Source: Pseudomonadota bacterium
Lineage (GTDB): Bacteria > Pseudomonadota > Alphaproteobacteria > Rhizobiales > Hyphomicrobiaceae
Reading direction: 5' to 3'
DNA: 61,358 nt
Assembly (NCBI GenBank): GCA_023416575.1
Contig: JAEZHL010000313.1
Span: 1 to 61,358 of the forward strand
The notes under the pieces are model-generated. The model was given only the letters and a program-made list of their open reading frames with translations. It had not been told where the DNA came from and did not search any database. Of the stretch, positions 60,439 through 61,358 are shown piece by piece. The position numbers and the translations under genes were made by a program. Numbering within the stretch: the first letter of the stretch is position 1; each line of letters opens with the position of its first letter.

Positions 60439-61358
60439 TCAAATTTCCGCGAGCAAAGCCTCCTTGCTCCCGATGAAATTCAGCCCGCGCTCGCCGCCGA
60501 GCGCGTCCTCGACGATGGCACGCCACTCTGCCGGGGCAAGGCCATGATCGGCCGGACGCGTGGAAACACCAAGCTCCGCGAGGAAACCCTGCAGCCTAGC
60601 GGCACCCGATTTGAGGTCGGGTCCGAAGATTCGGGCCAGAGCCTCGTCGCACGCGGCATCGACCCCGATCACGCTCCGCAGCACCATGGGCAATGTGAAC
60701 GAGCAGGCGACCCCGTGCACCGTACCGTGGCGCAGGGTCACCGGGTAGGACATCGAGTGGGCGATGGCCGTCTTGGTGTTCGAGAATGCGAGGCCCGAGA
60801 ACATCGAGGCGCGCAGCATGCGCGCGCGCAGGTCGCGGCTCGAGAGCTGCCGGCTGAGCGCGGGGAGCACGTCCAAGATCTCCCGGGCCGCAGCCACCGC
60901 ATGAATTGCAGAGACCGGATTGGCGTTGCGGTTCCAAATGCTCTCCAGCGCATGCGACAGCGCGTCGAGCCCCGTGCTGATCGTCAGTCCTCGCGGACAG
61001 CTCAAAGTCAGCTCAGGATCGAGAACCGCATCGGTCGGATGCAGGGCGTGGGCAGCGAGTGAATACTTGCGCCCGCCGGACCCATCCCACACCGTCGCCC
61101 AGGATGTGACCTCGCTCCCCGTTCCGGCGGTGGTCGGAACCGCGATGATCGGGAGAGGATCGAGGCTTTCAGAACCCCGTCCCGACGTCAGCACGTCCCA
61201 CACCGGCGCGAAACCGCGACGAGCCGCAGCCACGACCTTGGCGGTGTCGATCACGGAGCCGCCCCCCACCGCGACGACGACCTCGGGTGCGCGCGGCAGA
61301 TCCGCGACACGCTGGCACTGCGCAGCGAGGTCACTCCGGTCTGGATTGGGCTTCACGT
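60439..61358 (-). CDS. Iron-containing alcohol dehydrogenase (hydroxyethylphosphonate dehydrogenase-like), 5' end outside window
   Basis: GGGSVIDTAK, PTTAGTGSEVT, GLDALSHALESIWN, FSNTKTAIAHS.SY, HGVAC. Confidence 0.88.
   Translation of the reverse strand, partial: VKPNPDRSDLAAQCQRVADLPRAPEVVVAVGGGSVIDTAKVVAAARRGFAPVWDVLTSGRGSESLDPLPIIAVPTTAGTGSEVTSWATVWDGSGGRKYSLAAHALHPTDAVLDPELTLSCPRGLTISTGLDALSHALESIWNRNANPVSAIHAVAAAREILDVLPALSRQLSSRDLRARMLRASMFSGLAFSNTKTAIAHSMSYPVTLRHGTVHGVACSFTLPMVLRSVIGVDAACDEALARIFGPDLKSGAARLQGFLAELGVSTRPADHGLAPAEWRAIVEDALGGERGLNFIGSKEALLAEI

Overview
High-GC alphaproteobacterial chromosomal segment, most consistent with Hyphomicrobiales (Hyphomicrobiaceae-like; inferred from gene content and synteny). 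Left to right it holds: a truncated M20 amidohydrolase; a stand-alone protein with a HEPN-type RxxxxH motif; and a microaerobic module (Pat-type acetyltransferase, APH/AAA kinase, USP, DUF2189, ccoNOQP-ccoGHIS, a FixK-like regulator and a divergent OmpR-family regulator, with FNR/FixK boxes and a K-box-like repeat). Next come a ferredoxin reductase, ferredoxin, Hpt protein and GPR/RgsE-like polar growth protein; then epimerase, MFS, a CheZ-like protein, dehydratase, fadL-like, thiD, ccdA, recA (two SOS boxes), cckA, fliO-like, mscS, dksA and a MoxR ATPase. The right part has BON/CBS stress genes with EcfG-type promoters, nadQ-nadABC with operators, small stress proteins, a Tat hemerythrin, a NitT/TauT ABC transporter, a dual cold-shock protein, gloA, and phnCDEE with an Fe-dependent alcohol dehydrogenase truncated at the right edge. 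No rRNA, tRNA, CRISPR or mobile element was recognised. Most of the window is core or known biology. The best leads are an unannotated structured RNA between thiD and fadL, the orphan HEPN-like gene, a CheZ-like protein with a degenerate active site, an FxkR/K-box-type O2 cascade, uncharacterised EcfG-promoter genes, and an AT-rich DnaA-box-like intergenic region. All calls come from reading the sequence by eye; no searches were run.
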